From Takakia lepidozioides (taxonomy: Eukaryota > Plantae > Bryophyta), in contig CM060731.1 of assembly GCA_030704615.1 (NCBI GenBank), positions 72,788,001 through 72,852,000 of the forward strand: DNA of 64,000 bases, read 5' to 3'. The notes under the pieces are model-generated. The model worked only from the letters and a program-made list of their open reading frames with translations. It had not been told where the DNA came from and made no database searches. The translations under genes and the position numbers were made by a program. Positions 1 to 12,790 of this stretch are shown here, piece after piece (the first letter of the stretch is position 1; the number at the start of each line of letters is the position of its first letter).

Positions 1-1099
1 ATATTTACTGGCAGGCTCCAAAAGCCTTAAATAAAAATGGAGACTTAACGAAGTGAGCACCGAGAACCTAGTAGACATGACAACCTACTGGGAGTAAATA
101 ACGCTTGGTTTGGGCCGCTTTGAATGCTGCTGCGTGCAGGGTGTTAGGAAGATCCCAAACCCGAGTGCCCGTTTTCTCTCGTTGTCACTACTATACGTAG
201 CTTACTTCCAAATCTGGAAAGTAATAATCTCCTCACCTCTTGGAGTTGAGGGTTTCTTTGTGAGAACTCCTCGCCTGGAGTGTGGAACAACTGGCTACAT
301 GTGACATGCTATTACAAGGGCCCACCCACTAAACCCAACTAGTCGCACCTCGTGTCCACCTCCCCTAAAACTAGCGGCTGTGGTATCCATGACTAAGGCT
401 TGGAACTGTAATGTAAGCGTGAGACGTGCTTTGAAACCCAGCAATCATCGCCACAGTCACAGGGCTAATAAAACAAGGGTGAATCTAGATTTCAACTTCG
501 AACTAGTGTGCACTGAGGTCCCCCTCTTCTCCGTATTATATTGGGTATACAGTGCACACAACATTTCAACGAACGGGGAGAACTGGCAGCCAGTTACATG
601 CTAGCCGAGTGGTTTCGAGGAATTTCCGAGCACTTGATAATTGAAATCTTAGAAACTTTATAGAGGAAGGTTACAAAGGTAATTGACCGATTGTAGTTAC
701 CACTACTTAGGGGAAGCAACCGACTCCCCAACCCAGGCTGGTTCTAGAATGAGGGGCCACTACTCAAATTATTTCCCTGACGCAGCAACATTTGTTTCAC
801 CGCCGGCCGGCAAAGCTTCCTTGTCGAGGCAGGCTTGGACGCTTGGACCTTCGTGTTGGAGGTATTTGATCATTTGTCAAGATTTTGACTGGAATTTGAC
901 TTGGGGTCCCATGAGAGCTCCTGAATCCCGCAGCTTAATAAGTACAGTACAGTACTTTTACTACCCACATTCTCCAAGCACATGCCATGCCGCATGATGA
1001 GAGATAAATTTCAGGGAGCTTGGCACATTGATGGCTGCCTAACTAGTAAGATGCTGTAATCTCACACCAGAGCTGAAATCATCAGTAGAATCGCAGCAT

Positions 1100-3100
1100 C
1101 CCATAATTCTTGTCACGCCTCATCAGGCAGATGCAGGAGGTGTGCACCATCCATGCGTCACATCGCAAATCTGAGTAATATCCTGAGAAAAAAACACCCA
1201 ATTGGCAAGCCTCCAATGGGATATCCTACGCCAAATTTGGACTGAAACACGCCAGCAAATTAGGAGTTCCCTTTCTGTCAGGCTCCACTGGGATCTGGAA
1301 ACTAATCTAATCCTAAGTCGCTGACGTCCATGGAATCCAACTTCAAAGCTCCAGGCACGGATCATTGAAGCCTCTGGCAACAAAGTCTATCTCAAGCTGC
1401 TCCATCCTTGTACTGAATATGATGGGCACCAGGGGATTTTAGTATGTACTGCGCAGATTGCCCCAACTTGTAAATGTATAAGCTAATGACTGCCTTAATG
1501 TCCCGTTCAAGATTTGTAACAGAGGGGAATATAAAGCTAGAAACTGGGGTACAATTTAGTATAACTTCCAAAATTGAACAACAGCTAATTTTGCTGAGGC
1601 TTGGGATGGGATGGAGCGAAGAACTGTAGAAGAGTTCAGTAGATTCCCAACAAAAAGAAGTGTGCTAAATCACCTGAGAATGAGATATGGAATATTCTCA
1701 ATAACAAGTAAGGCCAATCTATCTAGAACTTTGGGCCGGCAACACCAAGCCAGCTAAGTTGGCTGGGAATCTAGTTGACAGGATACATGATCCCAATGTT
1801 GGTTACAATTTGGCGAGATAGTGCTGAGAAAATGGCTTGGCATTACAAAACCCAATTGATTGAATTTGTGAATGAATGACGTCGGAAGAAAGAAAGACAA
1901 TCAACGTGGGCGTCGGGACAAGTGAGTCTAAAGACATGTGAGCAAAAAAGTTATGGGGTTTCCAGCTGGTTCAAACTTGTCCAGCAAAACAAACGTAATG
2001 GAGTTTGTCCATGAGAATCCGTGGAACTGAGTGTGTAGGTCTAATTTGGAAAAGTGGGTGGCTCCAACCTTGATGGCCGCCTGCATGTTTTCAATGTCTC
2101 ATCATTCAAATCGTGTCTCGTTTTGCAATTGAAGCCTAAACTTACAAAAGTGACATGTATGCATCGCCCATCTTCAAGTGGGTATTACGTCAAGTTGCTG
2201 AAATTAGGTCAAGAATGTAGCACAGAGTTTATCTTCAAGTAGTGCACAACTCGCAGGCTTCATGGCACGATGAGATGATGCCCCAGAATGTATTAATAAC
2301 TGCATGAAAGAGAGGAACAAATTTGTTTTCCTTTCCATAGATGTATTGAATGTGCATGCTCGGATTCGACGTTGACAAAGGATACGTCACCACCGTGCCG
2401 AATGCCGTAGTCGGAGGCCTCGAGCATTTCACCATGACCTAGACATGGTGAATCTAAAAGCTCCACTGGGAGAACGAAACAGTTCCGTATTCCTAGGCCG
2501 GGTTCTTTCTTAATTCTCATGAGGCCCCATTGTTGGGTACCCCATTAGCACGTAGGAGAGTGCGGCGCCTGTGTTCACATGGACGATAATGACTATCAGC
2601 ATCCCAGCTTGACTGTCGGTAACATTCATAGCTCAAGATTGACTAGTAAAAAAGAAAACTAACAAAGAATACATGCTCATTGCCACCCCAATGTGTGCTG
2701 TGCTCAGTGGGTCCACCTTGTTCCGGCATTTAAGCAAGATTTTCGAGAACTTTATCAAGATTTGTACCTGATCCATAGACCAGTTGGGTTAGGTCTCTCC
2801 TGACACTAAAAGAATCATTGTCTCTGCAAAAACACATTCTAGATTAAACCATTTTGAGTAGAATTCCAGTCAGTGGGGATCTGTCAGTGAATTGATCGTG
2901 TGAGAATACCCACGTGTGCAGAGGTTATCTGAGCCGGATTGTTAGATCGACATCTGGTTATCCACCGACTGGCTTTCTCATCTGCACATCCTTCTGGAAG
3001 GCATCCAGCACTAACTTTTGCCCACAGACAGGCATTATCTTCGATGGGTCCGGGTCTGATCGTTGGGGGAGTCGCCTGCGGTGGAGAGCTGTGAAAAGAT
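1100..3100 (-). mobile_element. Highly degraded Ty3/gypsy pol remnant (RT/RNase H/integrase traces)
   Basis: Minus-strand translations give eroded motifs in gypsy order: IRP..QKD..MR (RT start, ~3060-2950), LEASDYGI and YIYGKE..HAV..FWGHHL (RNase H DASxxGIG / YxKELLA..WRHYL, ~2430-2270), RWAM (~2170), DSMDVSDL (integrase SMDF-like, ~1340). Many stops and frameshifts. Confidence 0.35.
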
Positions 3101-3648
3101 CCACCTATGGCGAGGCTACCTGGAGGCTGGAGTAGCGTGCAAGCTGGGTTACGAGCCAAACTTTGTCTTCTTGTTACCGTCGGGAATCTCGAGGAACATC
3201 GAGCTGACTATGATGAGCTGTGGCAGACTTCATTTATAGCATGGGCCCACACAATCTCTGAAATTCTGAAATTGTGGTCAAGACCTTCTTGGGTTACGGG
3301 TACATACAACTCGATGTAAGGCATTGGTCTGATGCTTACTTCGAGAGCCTTCAGGGAAGTTCAAGCGGCTGAAAATTCGCATCTGGGCAGGATGCCAGGA
3401 CATATGTCTGCACGGTAGTGCGCGGGTCGAAAGGAAGGCCGAGCCAGGTGATGAGAGTGATGAGACTGTACACATCGTTGAGTCCGTACTGTGACGTGAA
3501 GTTGGACAGATAGACTAGAGACACGGTTGAGACACACACACACACAGCTCTACCGTCTTGGCAGCTGCAAGGTATGCTCAGATACATTTTGTCCTCAAAT
3601 GCATATACAAGGTCTGTGTGGTACTCCGTACAGGAAATTCCAGGAGGA

Positions 3649-3896
3649 CCCTTCATGTGGTGAGCAACTCTCTCTCTCTATGTTGTCTACTTTATCCTCG
3701 CACTTCAAAGCAGCGACCTTGTACTGGTCCCAACACAGATGCTTACACCACTATACTCCACTTCTGGCACCCTTCATGTGGTAAGCAACTCTCTCTCTAT
3801 CGTTGTCTACCTTATCCTCGCACTTCAAAGCAGCGACCTTGTACTGGGCCCAACACAGATGCTTACACCACTATACCGCTACTCTCCATTTCTGGC
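3649..3896. repeat. Direct tandem duplication, 2 x ~121 bp
   Basis: The unit cccttcatgtggt(g/a)agcaactctctc...cttcaaagcagcgaccttgtactgg...cacagatgcttacaccactatac starts at 3649 and again at 3770. Confidence 0.9.
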
Positions 3897-4396
3897 AAGG
3901 GTCATGCCTGGGCCTGAGCCACAATATCTTCGTAGCATTTCTACAGGAAGACTCTACATCAAATGTATACGATTTAGTGGATGTTTGTACACACTCTAGT
4001 TCTCTATTTATCCATGGGCACTAAAGCATGGAGAGCATTTCAACACTATCATCACAAGATTGTACAGCTCCATCGTAACTGCAGGGGTGCCCATGTAATG
4101 TGAGCAATTGAATCTTAGTCGGGGCACTTCTAGGACCCACTTTCGAGAGGGGAGGCAGTAGCCTAAAGGTGAAGAGGCTCTTAGTTACGCAGGCTTTGGC
4201 TAGAGACGTCTTCTCTCTTTTGGGGGCAAATTTCTTTCTCATCCTTTCATGATTTCTCTTGAAAGCTCACATTGATATGTAAGAAACTTGTCAAATAGGC
4301 ACTGCAAGTTACACACAAGTTTGTGCTTCCACTTCACCTAGTGATCATGTTGGTTATCGTTTTCCAGAGACGCCGGACGTGTAGAGTGGGGAAGAC

Positions 4397-5701
4397 ATGG
4401 CGAGGCAAGCTTCTCTATTAGCGAAGAGGTACGATTTTAGAGTAATGCGTAAAACCAGACCTCATCTTTCCTTTGTTTTCTGGAGGTCCCTCCCCGACCA
4501 GAACTTCATTCTGTACATTCTGTACCTAGCTTGGCAGGGACCTTACGATGTATAGGGGAAGTCCCACAGTAGATGGCATTCCTGGATTTGAGGGCCTCAA
4601 CCCGAGGGATTTGAGATTCTTTACACATTTGAGTTTCTGGACGAATTTGTAAGGTGTGAATCTGTTCAAAATTAGGTCAGGTTTTCACGTTGGGGAAGGG
4701 GCCGTCCATGGGGCATTCCGTTGTTTGAGGGTATGGGATCGAGGGCGGTACAATGGTACTGGATGTTTTAGATTGAATATTCTACCACTGTCAAAGCCAC
4801 ACACAACGTGCATTGTTGGTTACCCCAGTATTGCAGCTTGAATCGGACAGAGCACGGTCATACAGTAACCTCCAAAAAGGACTGACATGTACAATCTATG
4901 TCTCTTGCAGACTGAAGGGGAAGGTCGCGATCATAACAGGTGCTGCCGGCATTGGAGCGGCACCGGTGAGGTTGTTTGCGGCACTGCATGGAGCGACTGT
5001 TGTAATTGGCGATATTCAGACAAACTTGGTGAAGCGTTGGCAGAAGAACTCGGTTCAAAGGCTCATTACATGCACTGTGATGTTTCGCAAGAGAAAGATG
5101 TAGGGGCAATGGATTTTGCCGTCGAGGGCGGCCTTTACATTATGTACAACAATGCCGGTACTGTCGGGCCTCCCAGTGCAACCATTGGAGATATGAAAGT
5201 TGAGGATATGGATTTCGTCTACTCTGTCAGAGGAGCATTATCTGGAACAAAGCATGCAGCCAGAGTGATGATCCCCCCGCCAAAAAGGGTGTGATACTCT
5301 CGACATCGAGCATCGCGAGTGTTATTGGAGGAACAGCACCCCATCCTTACACCATCAGCAAGTTTGCTGTCCTGGGGATAATGAAAAGCACGTCTATGGA
5401 GCTCGCACAACATGGTATTCGAGTTAACTGCATATCTCCCTCTGCTATCGCTACGCCCTTAGCGGTGAATGGATATCAGATGTTGGTGCCACAGCAAGAT
5501 GTGGCAAGCATGATGAGCAATGCATCAGAACTCAAAGGGGCAATTTTGACTCCTGAAGACATTGCGAGGGCGGCATTGTTTCTTGCTAGCGACGATGCGC
5601 AGTGCAACAGCGGCCGCAATATGATGGTCGACGGTGGATACACTGCCAACTGCCAACAAGGTGTGCAATCCCTTTCCATCGCAATAGCTGCTCTCATGTG
5701 A
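4397..5701 (+). pseudogene. Short-chain dehydrogenase/reductase (ABA2/secoisolariciresinol dehydrogenase-like), frameshifted
   Basis: Exon 1 MARQASLLAKR (4397-4428), GT..AG intron 4429-4910, then RLKGKVAIITGAAGIG, YNNAG, catalytic YTISK, GIRVNCISP, ALFLASD, VDGG. The motifs lie in three different frames, with small deletions (e.g. shortened TGxxxGIG). Confidence 0.75.
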
Positions 5702-5820
5702 TCGAGCTGGTGATTCACAAACTACGTCATTGCATTATCAAAGCGTAAAGACCTAGGGCTGATTTCTCTTTGTAAATTTCTGCGCGTTATCCAGCGTAAG
5801 AGCCCGCCCCACGATTACCA

Positions 5821-5874
5821 GTGCATTACACACTCGTGTAATGCACCGGTGCATTACACGAGTGTGTAATGCAC
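5821..5874. repeat. Perfect 54-bp palindrome whose halves are each 11-bp hairpins
   Basis: gtgcattacacactcgtgtaatgcac-cg-gtgcattacacgagtgtgtaatgcac is its own reverse complement. Confidence 0.95.
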
Positions 5875-6859
5875 ACCTGCAATATTTCTTTATCTTTACC
5901 TCCAAGATCTTTTTTCACGGCAAGCTACTGGCGAGGAGAAAGCATAAAGGAAGGATGAAAAGATAAGGAAATCATCCCATTTCTTTATGTAGGGTAATGC
6001 CCTCCACTCAGGGCATTACCCTATACCTACTTTCTTGTTCTTGATTCCCTTCTCTCTCTTTCATTCCCTTGTGCGGCAGGGCCTCCAATCCAACAAATTA
6101 TTGAAGGCAATGCTAACCCCTTTTCTTTCAAAAAAGGGAATGGATGCATTTTTGGAAATGCCACTAATTTTACCTTAGAGTTCCCTATGCCCTGAGTGGA
6201 GGGCATTCCCGGATTTAAGGGCTTGACGCCCATTGCGGTCTTGGGCACTATGTCCCAAGCCTTTCAGGTTAGTGCCGAAAGCCCGGGCTCCCCTCTCCAG
6301 TCCTCATGCCTTGGCTGGATTGTTCCTGGCTCCCTGCCACGTCGGCTCCTCCTGATCGCTGCCCTGCCTTCGAGCTAGCTCCTTGCCACGTCGCTACCAC
6401 CTGCCATACACTAATCAGTACGGTGTATGGCGGGACCAGCAGCAATGAATAAAATGCAATGATCAGTGTATGGAAAACAGTGGGTGGCCATACACCAATT
6501 ACTGCAGTGTATGGCGACTGGAACATGCCCTATTTCCACATGTTGAATAAAAAAACAGAACTAAATCATTTAGTTTAATAATAATAATAATAATAATCTA
6601 TATGAAAAAGTTGAAACCCATTTAGTGATATAAAGACACATCTTATATCTTTTTTCCTCGTGAACTACTTTTCATACATTTAGAGTATGTACTTGTTAGG
6701 TTTAGTTTTTATTTTGTATTTATGTTGGCTTTAAAAATACAAAACCAACTATGATGACTAAATTATATAGAAATACAATAGAAAAGAAGCATAGAAGTAT
6801 TTTAAAATTTAACATATGATATTACAATCTTTTTCTTCAAATTATCATCCATACATTTG

Positions 6860-7368
6860 ATTTGGATGTATCGGTATATAAGGTATTGCCTCGTATGTGC
6901 ACAGGTATATGCACTGGTATTAGATACCAAACCAGTCTGGTATCATTTGGGAGAATACTTGGTCATATACCAGGACCAGGCTGGTATCAGTTTTTTCATA
7001 CCAGCCAGAATACCAATACTCCCCCCCACGTCTTCCTCATTTACTCTGGTATATGTACTATACTACTTTTTGTGTACATATGCCTATATATTTGTACTTA
7101 TATATATTTATTGTATTGTATTGTATTTGTATTTTTTTCCACTTGATACTTGCTATTTGATAATTTTGTGGCTTTGGAATGATACCAAAATTGATATCTC
7201 ATACTAGCTGGTATTGTGGTCATGATACTTATACTCATACCAGTATCTGAAAAATATATATATATATATATATATATTATATAGACCAGACTGTTATGAA
7301 AGTTTTGCGATACGTTTGGTACCAGGACCAGTCTGGTATGTCCTAAAACTGATACCAGTACAACACTG
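6860..7368. mobile_element. Non-autonomous DNA transposon end (hAT/MITE-like) with ATACCAG/CTGGTAT subterminal repeats and (TA)n tract
   Basis: Many ataccag/ctggtat motifs in both orientations, ending in caacactg (reverse complement CAGTGTTG, hAT-like terminus). No matching left TIR or TSD found. Confidence 0.4.
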
Positions 7369-8309
7369 GTTCATACATATGTAACCTAATCTCCATATGA
7401 ACTCCCTTGTTGTCTTGCTTCTCTCTTCTTAGTACTTGTCATCTCAATGTTAGTTGTTGTCCTAATCCCAAAGCTAAGACCCTATTTTTGTTTTCTATGT
7501 TCTTTTGTCTCTTTGTTGAAAAGGGCGATGTGGCTGTATCATGTCGAAATTGTGACCTTACTTTTCCGGTGACATAAACATGACTACACTGTCATTTAGT
7601 GTTTTTGCAAATGTTATCTAATCACATTTTGAAGCGACATTGTTTTTTGCACTTCATTATATGTTGATGTTCACTATGAAATGTATGACAACTCGTAAGA
7701 AATACCATCTAAATATGATTAAAATTTTGTCTTGCATATTTTCGTTCTCTCATTTATACTTGCTCTATTAATTAATGTCTGTGGTCCTATTTGTTTTTGA
7801 GGCCCTGGAGGGAGCCCACTAAATACTAACCAAAGTACTTATTATATTGTATAAATAGTAAGGTGAGCACCTCCTTATATAGCCTTGGGAGGCGGCGGTG
7901 GAGCCTTCGAGAAGACCCTGGGGCGGTGGTGGAGCTTCCAGAAAACCCTGGGGTTTCAAGAGACCCCAGTGTGTCCTACCCTACATTGACACGTTTCCAG
8001 TAATAGTACCTCCCAAAAACTCTAATCTGAGCCCACCATTGGCTGTTCCAATGGTGTGCCTATTTTCTTACCTTTCATAAATTAATTCTCTCCCCCCTCT
8101 TTCTAGGTCTCCTACAGCCCGGGTCACCTGTCCACTCATCAACCCCACTATTTCCTCTCATCTGGTTGTCATCCCCCTCCTTTTCCACCCGCCCCTCCAC
8201 ATCGTCGTGCCCTATTCTCACTCGCTGATTTTCTTTGAAATGAAACTTGGGCTACATGTTTAACCTTAAGTTCGTCAAAGCTTCAAATTAATAACATAAG
8301 CACATTGAC

Positions 8310-8378
8310 TGGTAGTTCAACTGGCAAGTGCACAATGTGACGCCTTGGTGGTTTGGGGTTCAAACCCGCTGCCCTGCC
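8310..8378 (+). repeat. tRNA-derived SINE-like head
   Basis: A-box-like tagttcaactgg and B-box-like gggttcaaaccc at tRNA spacing; no intact cloverleaf. Confidence 0.45.
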
Positions 8379-8830
8379 CCGCGTGTGGATTGTTCGTAGT
8401 GTTCTGTGCCTCCATGGTCCATAAATGAAAGGGGGTAATTTTTTCCCCTCCTCCAGGGGCTGAATTGTGGGCTGTCGCTTCCAGGTTTTTTTTTACTAAA
8501 ATAATTTTTAAAGAAAAAAATATATTATTACAATAGATATTAATATCTAATGGATTCAAGAGTAGGTTTCTAGGGCGACAGAGGCCAAGTCCCTCTTATA
8601 TCTATATCTTTACATACAAAATCTAAAAGAACTTAGAGTGCCATTTTGTTTTATAAATATATATTTATAATCCGTCCGGCGTCCAATATGTTAATATTAT
8701 AACACAAAGATGATGTGGGTGCTTTTGTCCAAGCATGATCTAATTGAGAGCCATAACTCTATTTATAGTTGTGAATTGGAGTTGTATGTGAAAAAAATCA
8801 TGAATATTTATTATTTTTTATAAGGAATTA

Positions 8831-9200
8831 CTAGGGTAGCCTGTGTCGTTGGCCCAAGTGTCAAGTGGCATCTAAGTCCAAGTGCAATCCCCTATGTATC
8901 CAAGTGCGTCTCCTTTGTCGAGGCCCAAATGCAACCTCTAGGGTAGCCTGTGTCATTGGCCCAAGTGTCCAGTGTCATCTAAGCCCAAGTGTAAGATGTT
9001 CTATGTATCCTACTGCGTCTCCTATGTCAAGGCCCAAATGCGACCTCCAGTGTAGCGTGTGTCGTTTGGCCCATATATAAAGAATTGAAATCTAAGACCA
9101 AGTGTAATTTTCTATGTATCCAAGTGCAATCTTCTTTTCATGTATCCAAAGTGCATCCCATGTAAAGTCCCAATTGTCCACTGTCATCTCAGCCCAAATC
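8831..9200. repeat. Dispersed repeat with internal ~110-bp subunits (ggcccaagtgtc...ctaagtccaagtgcaatcccctatgtatcc)
   Basis: About three degenerate subunits here; the same family recurs at 63570-63815. Confidence 0.75.
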
Positions 9201-9207
9201 CAGTCTC

Positions 9208-10038
9208 TGTTAGAGGGCTGTTTGGGACTTTAACACTTTTACGGGTTCTGTGGGGTACCCTTAATTTTTACACAGACTGAGACCAACAGGAGCCTTAGGG
9301 GTGATAGCAGCAGGCTTTAGGGGGGGGGTTACACAGCCGCCACAGCCGTCACAGCCAGTCACAGCCAACACAGCCCGCTACAGCCAGTCACAGTGAGTCA
9401 CAGCCAACACAGTCCGCCACAGCTTCGCACAGCCCGTCACAGCCAGTCACAGCCAACACAGCCCAACACAGCCAATCACAGCCGCCACAGCCGACACAGC
9501 CCATCACAGCCAACACAGCCCGATATAGCCAGTCACAACCCGACACAGCCTTACACAGCCAGTCACAGCTCGGCACAGCTTGACACAGCCTGTCACAGTA
9601 CATGGGGAACAGTTATCATTGGCAGGGAACGACTGTGAGGGAACGACATCTGCAGAAGGAATGTGTTACTTCAGGGATGACGGTTAATTAGTTAGGTGGT
9701 TAGAACAGCTTGCGGGCAGATAAGGGGAGCGGCAACGGAAAGAGGGTCATGTAGGAGAAGAGATCAGGCGGAGAGCAGGAACGAGAGCAGAAAGAAGGAG
9801 AAAAGATGAACAGTAGATGCTTATTTCATGCAGAGTTGTAGTGATATTGTAGGGCGGATTAGAGTCACCTTGACATTGGCCTAGTACCTGATAAATAGTA
9901 AACTGATACTTATTTGATACAAGCACACTGTGTAGAGAGACATGAGTGAAGCTGTGAAATGAATGCATGATTAACTCGAACTAAGAAGATACTGAAGCAA
10001 TCTGATGCTTCAATATTAGATAAGGTAAATTGATAACA
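9208..10038 (+). mobile_element. Putative 5' LTR of Ty3/gypsy element 1, containing a CACAGC-based minisatellite (~9331-9598)
   Basis: Starts TGTTA and ends TAACA (inverted termini), directly upstream of the element's ORFs. No second LTR is available to confirm it. Confidence 0.6.
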
Positions 10039-10095
10039 TGAAGGCAAGAAGGAATACAAATGGGAAGCACAACCATGATTCACTAGCTGCAGGTC

Positions 10096-10791
10096 ATGAC
10101 TGATTGTACTGAGCGGGCTGAGTGCTTAGAGATATCCAACTCTTCTATCTTGGAGTTTCCACCTCGGATAGCGAAGGGATGGGTGAGTAAAAGCCGCTCG
10201 ACATTTGGCGACCATACTGGGGAACTGGGTCATGAACAACCAGATGTGACAGGCATTTGGTGGGATCATGGTGGTTGGAGAATTAAAGAATTTGATGTGA
10301 ATCAAATTCCCTGTGAAACTGAGAAGGAAAGATTGTCCAAACAATTCTTTCAGAGGTTCTTGGAATTGTCAGACGGCTGTAAAGAAAACATTCTTAAAAG
10401 AGTGCACGATGTTGACCCTGAGTGGGGTCTGGAGAAAGGGGTGATAAAGATTTATCAGGTGGCCTGTAGAGGAAGAGCACGTTGGTTACCAACACTGGTT
10501 TATGTGATAGCGTTGCTATCCATTAAGCGAGTAGAGTTTGAAGGCTGGGAGGAAAGGAAGGTGAATGTTTATACTCATATGCATGAAGAGCTTGTAATGG
10601 TAAAAAATTGGATTCCAAAGGATATTCTGTGGATCAAACTCACACCAAGAACAGCTTTCCAGACTTGTTTGCCATATGGTTATATGGTAACGGAGACTTC
10701 TAGTATAGCCAAGGGTGCATTGAAGCTTGAAAGAAACCCAGGCATATACGAGAGATACTACAGAAGAGAGTTTTGGTTATTGCAACATTAA
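10096..10791 (+). CDS. Extra ORF (231 aa) upstream of gag in element 1, unknown function
   Basis: Uninterrupted ATG-initiated ORF between the LTR and gag, ending 20 nt before the gag ATG in a different frame; no recognised motif. Confidence 0.55.
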   Translation: MTDCTERAECLEISNSSILEFPPRIAKGWVSKSRSTFGDHTGELGHEQPDVTGIWWDHGGWRIKEFDVNQIPCETEKERLSKQFFQRFLELSDGCKENILKRVHDVDPEWGLEKGVIKIYQVACRGRARWLPTLVYVIALLSIKRVEFEGWEERKVNVYTHMHEELVMVKNWIPKDILWIKLTPRTAFQTCLPYGYMVTETSSIAKGALKLERNPGIYERYYRREFWLLQH

Positions 10792-10811
10792 AGAAATGAA
10801 AGACATGGGAC

Positions 10812-12778
10812 ATGAGTGATGAAAGAGAAGCTAGACTCCAGAGATATTCAGCAAAAAGAGAAAGTTATCTGAAAGCTAATTATCCATATCTTTGGGAGAG
10901 AGGAATAGACATAGGGGAATCATCTGGACCTCTCACACCATTAAGATCAGAGAGTACATCACCCATACCGGAAGAACTAGAGTTGGATGCCACTCCTTCT
11001 TTTTCTTTGCAAGAAAGATTAAGGGAATTGGTACAGGAAGAAGATCAACCACGAGGTGAAAGATCTGAGGTACATCCCTGGATAAAAGATTTGATAGAAA
11101 TCTTTGATAAGAGCTGGCATGGAACACCAAAAGCAGGAACTCCAGTTTCTGAGACGGAAGATGAAGAAAGAGGAGAGGATGTGGCAGAGCCAACGGAGAG
11201 TTCAGACTCTCCAACACCATTGCAGTTGAGTTACATGAGTGAAGAAGAAACCCAAGGGCAGAACTTGGAGGATGAAAACAGAGAGAAGAAATTGGAAGAG
11301 GAAGAGTATGAAGAAGCAGACCCAACAGCTGAGGTTGAGACTACAACCAGGACATCCCAACCCATTGGACCTGGATCAAGTGGAGCACTTGGATCACAGG
11401 CCAACGAAGGTGTCGGCTCAGGGGGATCAAGCGGTCAGCCTGGATCTGGCTCTGGGGGGACATGGAGTGTGGGAAGTAGTGCAACTGGAGCTGGGAATAC
11501 TGTGAGTATCGTGGGGCCAGTAGCAGGGAGTGCTCAGGGGCCACCACTTGGTGGAAGATCCACCACAACTACAACAGGTCCTCAAGGATCAGCACCAGCA
11601 AGGGGGCCAGCATCTGTCAGTGGGCAGAGGGTAGGGCCACAGATGGCGTTACAACCAACACGGGCAAACCCACCTTTTCCAATATATTCAGGAAAAGGGG
11701 ATCCCGATGTACACATTAGCCAATTTGAGCACATGTGTATTGTAAACAATGAGAATGGCGAGGATGCCAAGATGAGATTGTTTCCTTGTTCACTTATCAA
11801 GAAAGCAAGTGAATGGTATGGAAGATTCCCTGATAATCATTTCCTAACCTGGAATGGTTTGAATACAGCATTCCGAAATAGGTTCAGGACAAGTAAAACT
11901 GAGGATGAAGTGTATGGAAGTTTACAACAGTTAAAGCAAAAAAGCATGAAACTATTGAGGAGTATATGGAAAAAATGGAATTGATGATGAAAAAGCTGGC
12001 TGCTGTACCAGCACCAGGTTTACAGAAGACTTGGTTTGTGAGTGGACTAAGACCAGAGTTGCAAAAGAAAGTGGATATGTTACCCCATAATACAGTGGAG
12101 GAGGCATTTGAAACAGCGAACAGAATTGAGCAATTGGGAATGCTCAGGAGAGAGAAAGGGGATGATGAGGACTCTGAGGATGAGTCAGATGAGGAAGAAG
12201 AACAGGAGCTGAAAATGAAGAGTAAGAGGAAAGAAAAGTTGAAGAGGGATAACTATGAGAAAAGATTAGAAGAAATCTTGAAGAAGTATGCCACAGAGGC
12301 TGCAACACATTGGAGGAAGGGTGTTTGGTGTGCAAAGTGCCAGAATGAAGGCCATACCACCACTGAATGCCACATGAAGGAGAAACATTGTACTATCTGT
12401 AAGATGGATAACCATTCTACTGAGAATTGTTACTACAACAAAAGAACAGCTGTAAGAGAACCTAGGCAAGTAAGGGTGCATCAATTGCAGTCCCAGCCAA
12501 GAAGAAACAGTGATCAAGACCACTATGGTAGGCCTGGTGGTTATAACAATGGTATGGAAGGGAGAGGTAATCCAAGAGGGAATTACCAAGGAAATTCCAG
12601 GGGCAACTATCAGGGTAATCCAAGGGGGAATTACCAGCTAGGGAATCAGGATTACAGAAATAATCCTAGAGCAGACCAAGGGCGAGGACCAATGGTGAAT
12701 AACTGTGTTACTATTGTAATCAGGCAGGACATCGCAAGGCAGCCTGTTCATTCTGGATTAGACACCAGAATGAGATGA
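10812..12778 (+). pseudogene. gag: Gag of element 1 (retrotransposon gag domain + three CCHC zinc knuckles)
   Basis: YSGKGDPDVHISQF..LFPCSL..ASEWY..W..L..AF..RF capsid-type motif; knuckles CAKCQNEGHTTTEC, CTICKMDNHSTENC and CYYCNQAGHRKAAC (last one frameshifted); 1-nt deletion in an A-run at ~11940. Confidence 0.88.
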
Positions 12779-12790
12779 GAGCTCCTGTTA

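Noticed and set aside
9331-9598. Short repeat array as a CRISPR-like locus
   Set aside because: Degenerate 9-10 bp CACAGC units with no unique spacers, inside a eukaryotic LTR; it is a minisatellite.
11930-11950. Programmed ribosomal frameshift in gag of element 1
   Set aside because: It falls in the middle of the gag domain at an A-run; restoring one A gives a natural LKQKKHETIEEY. A mutation or homopolymer sequencing error is more likely.
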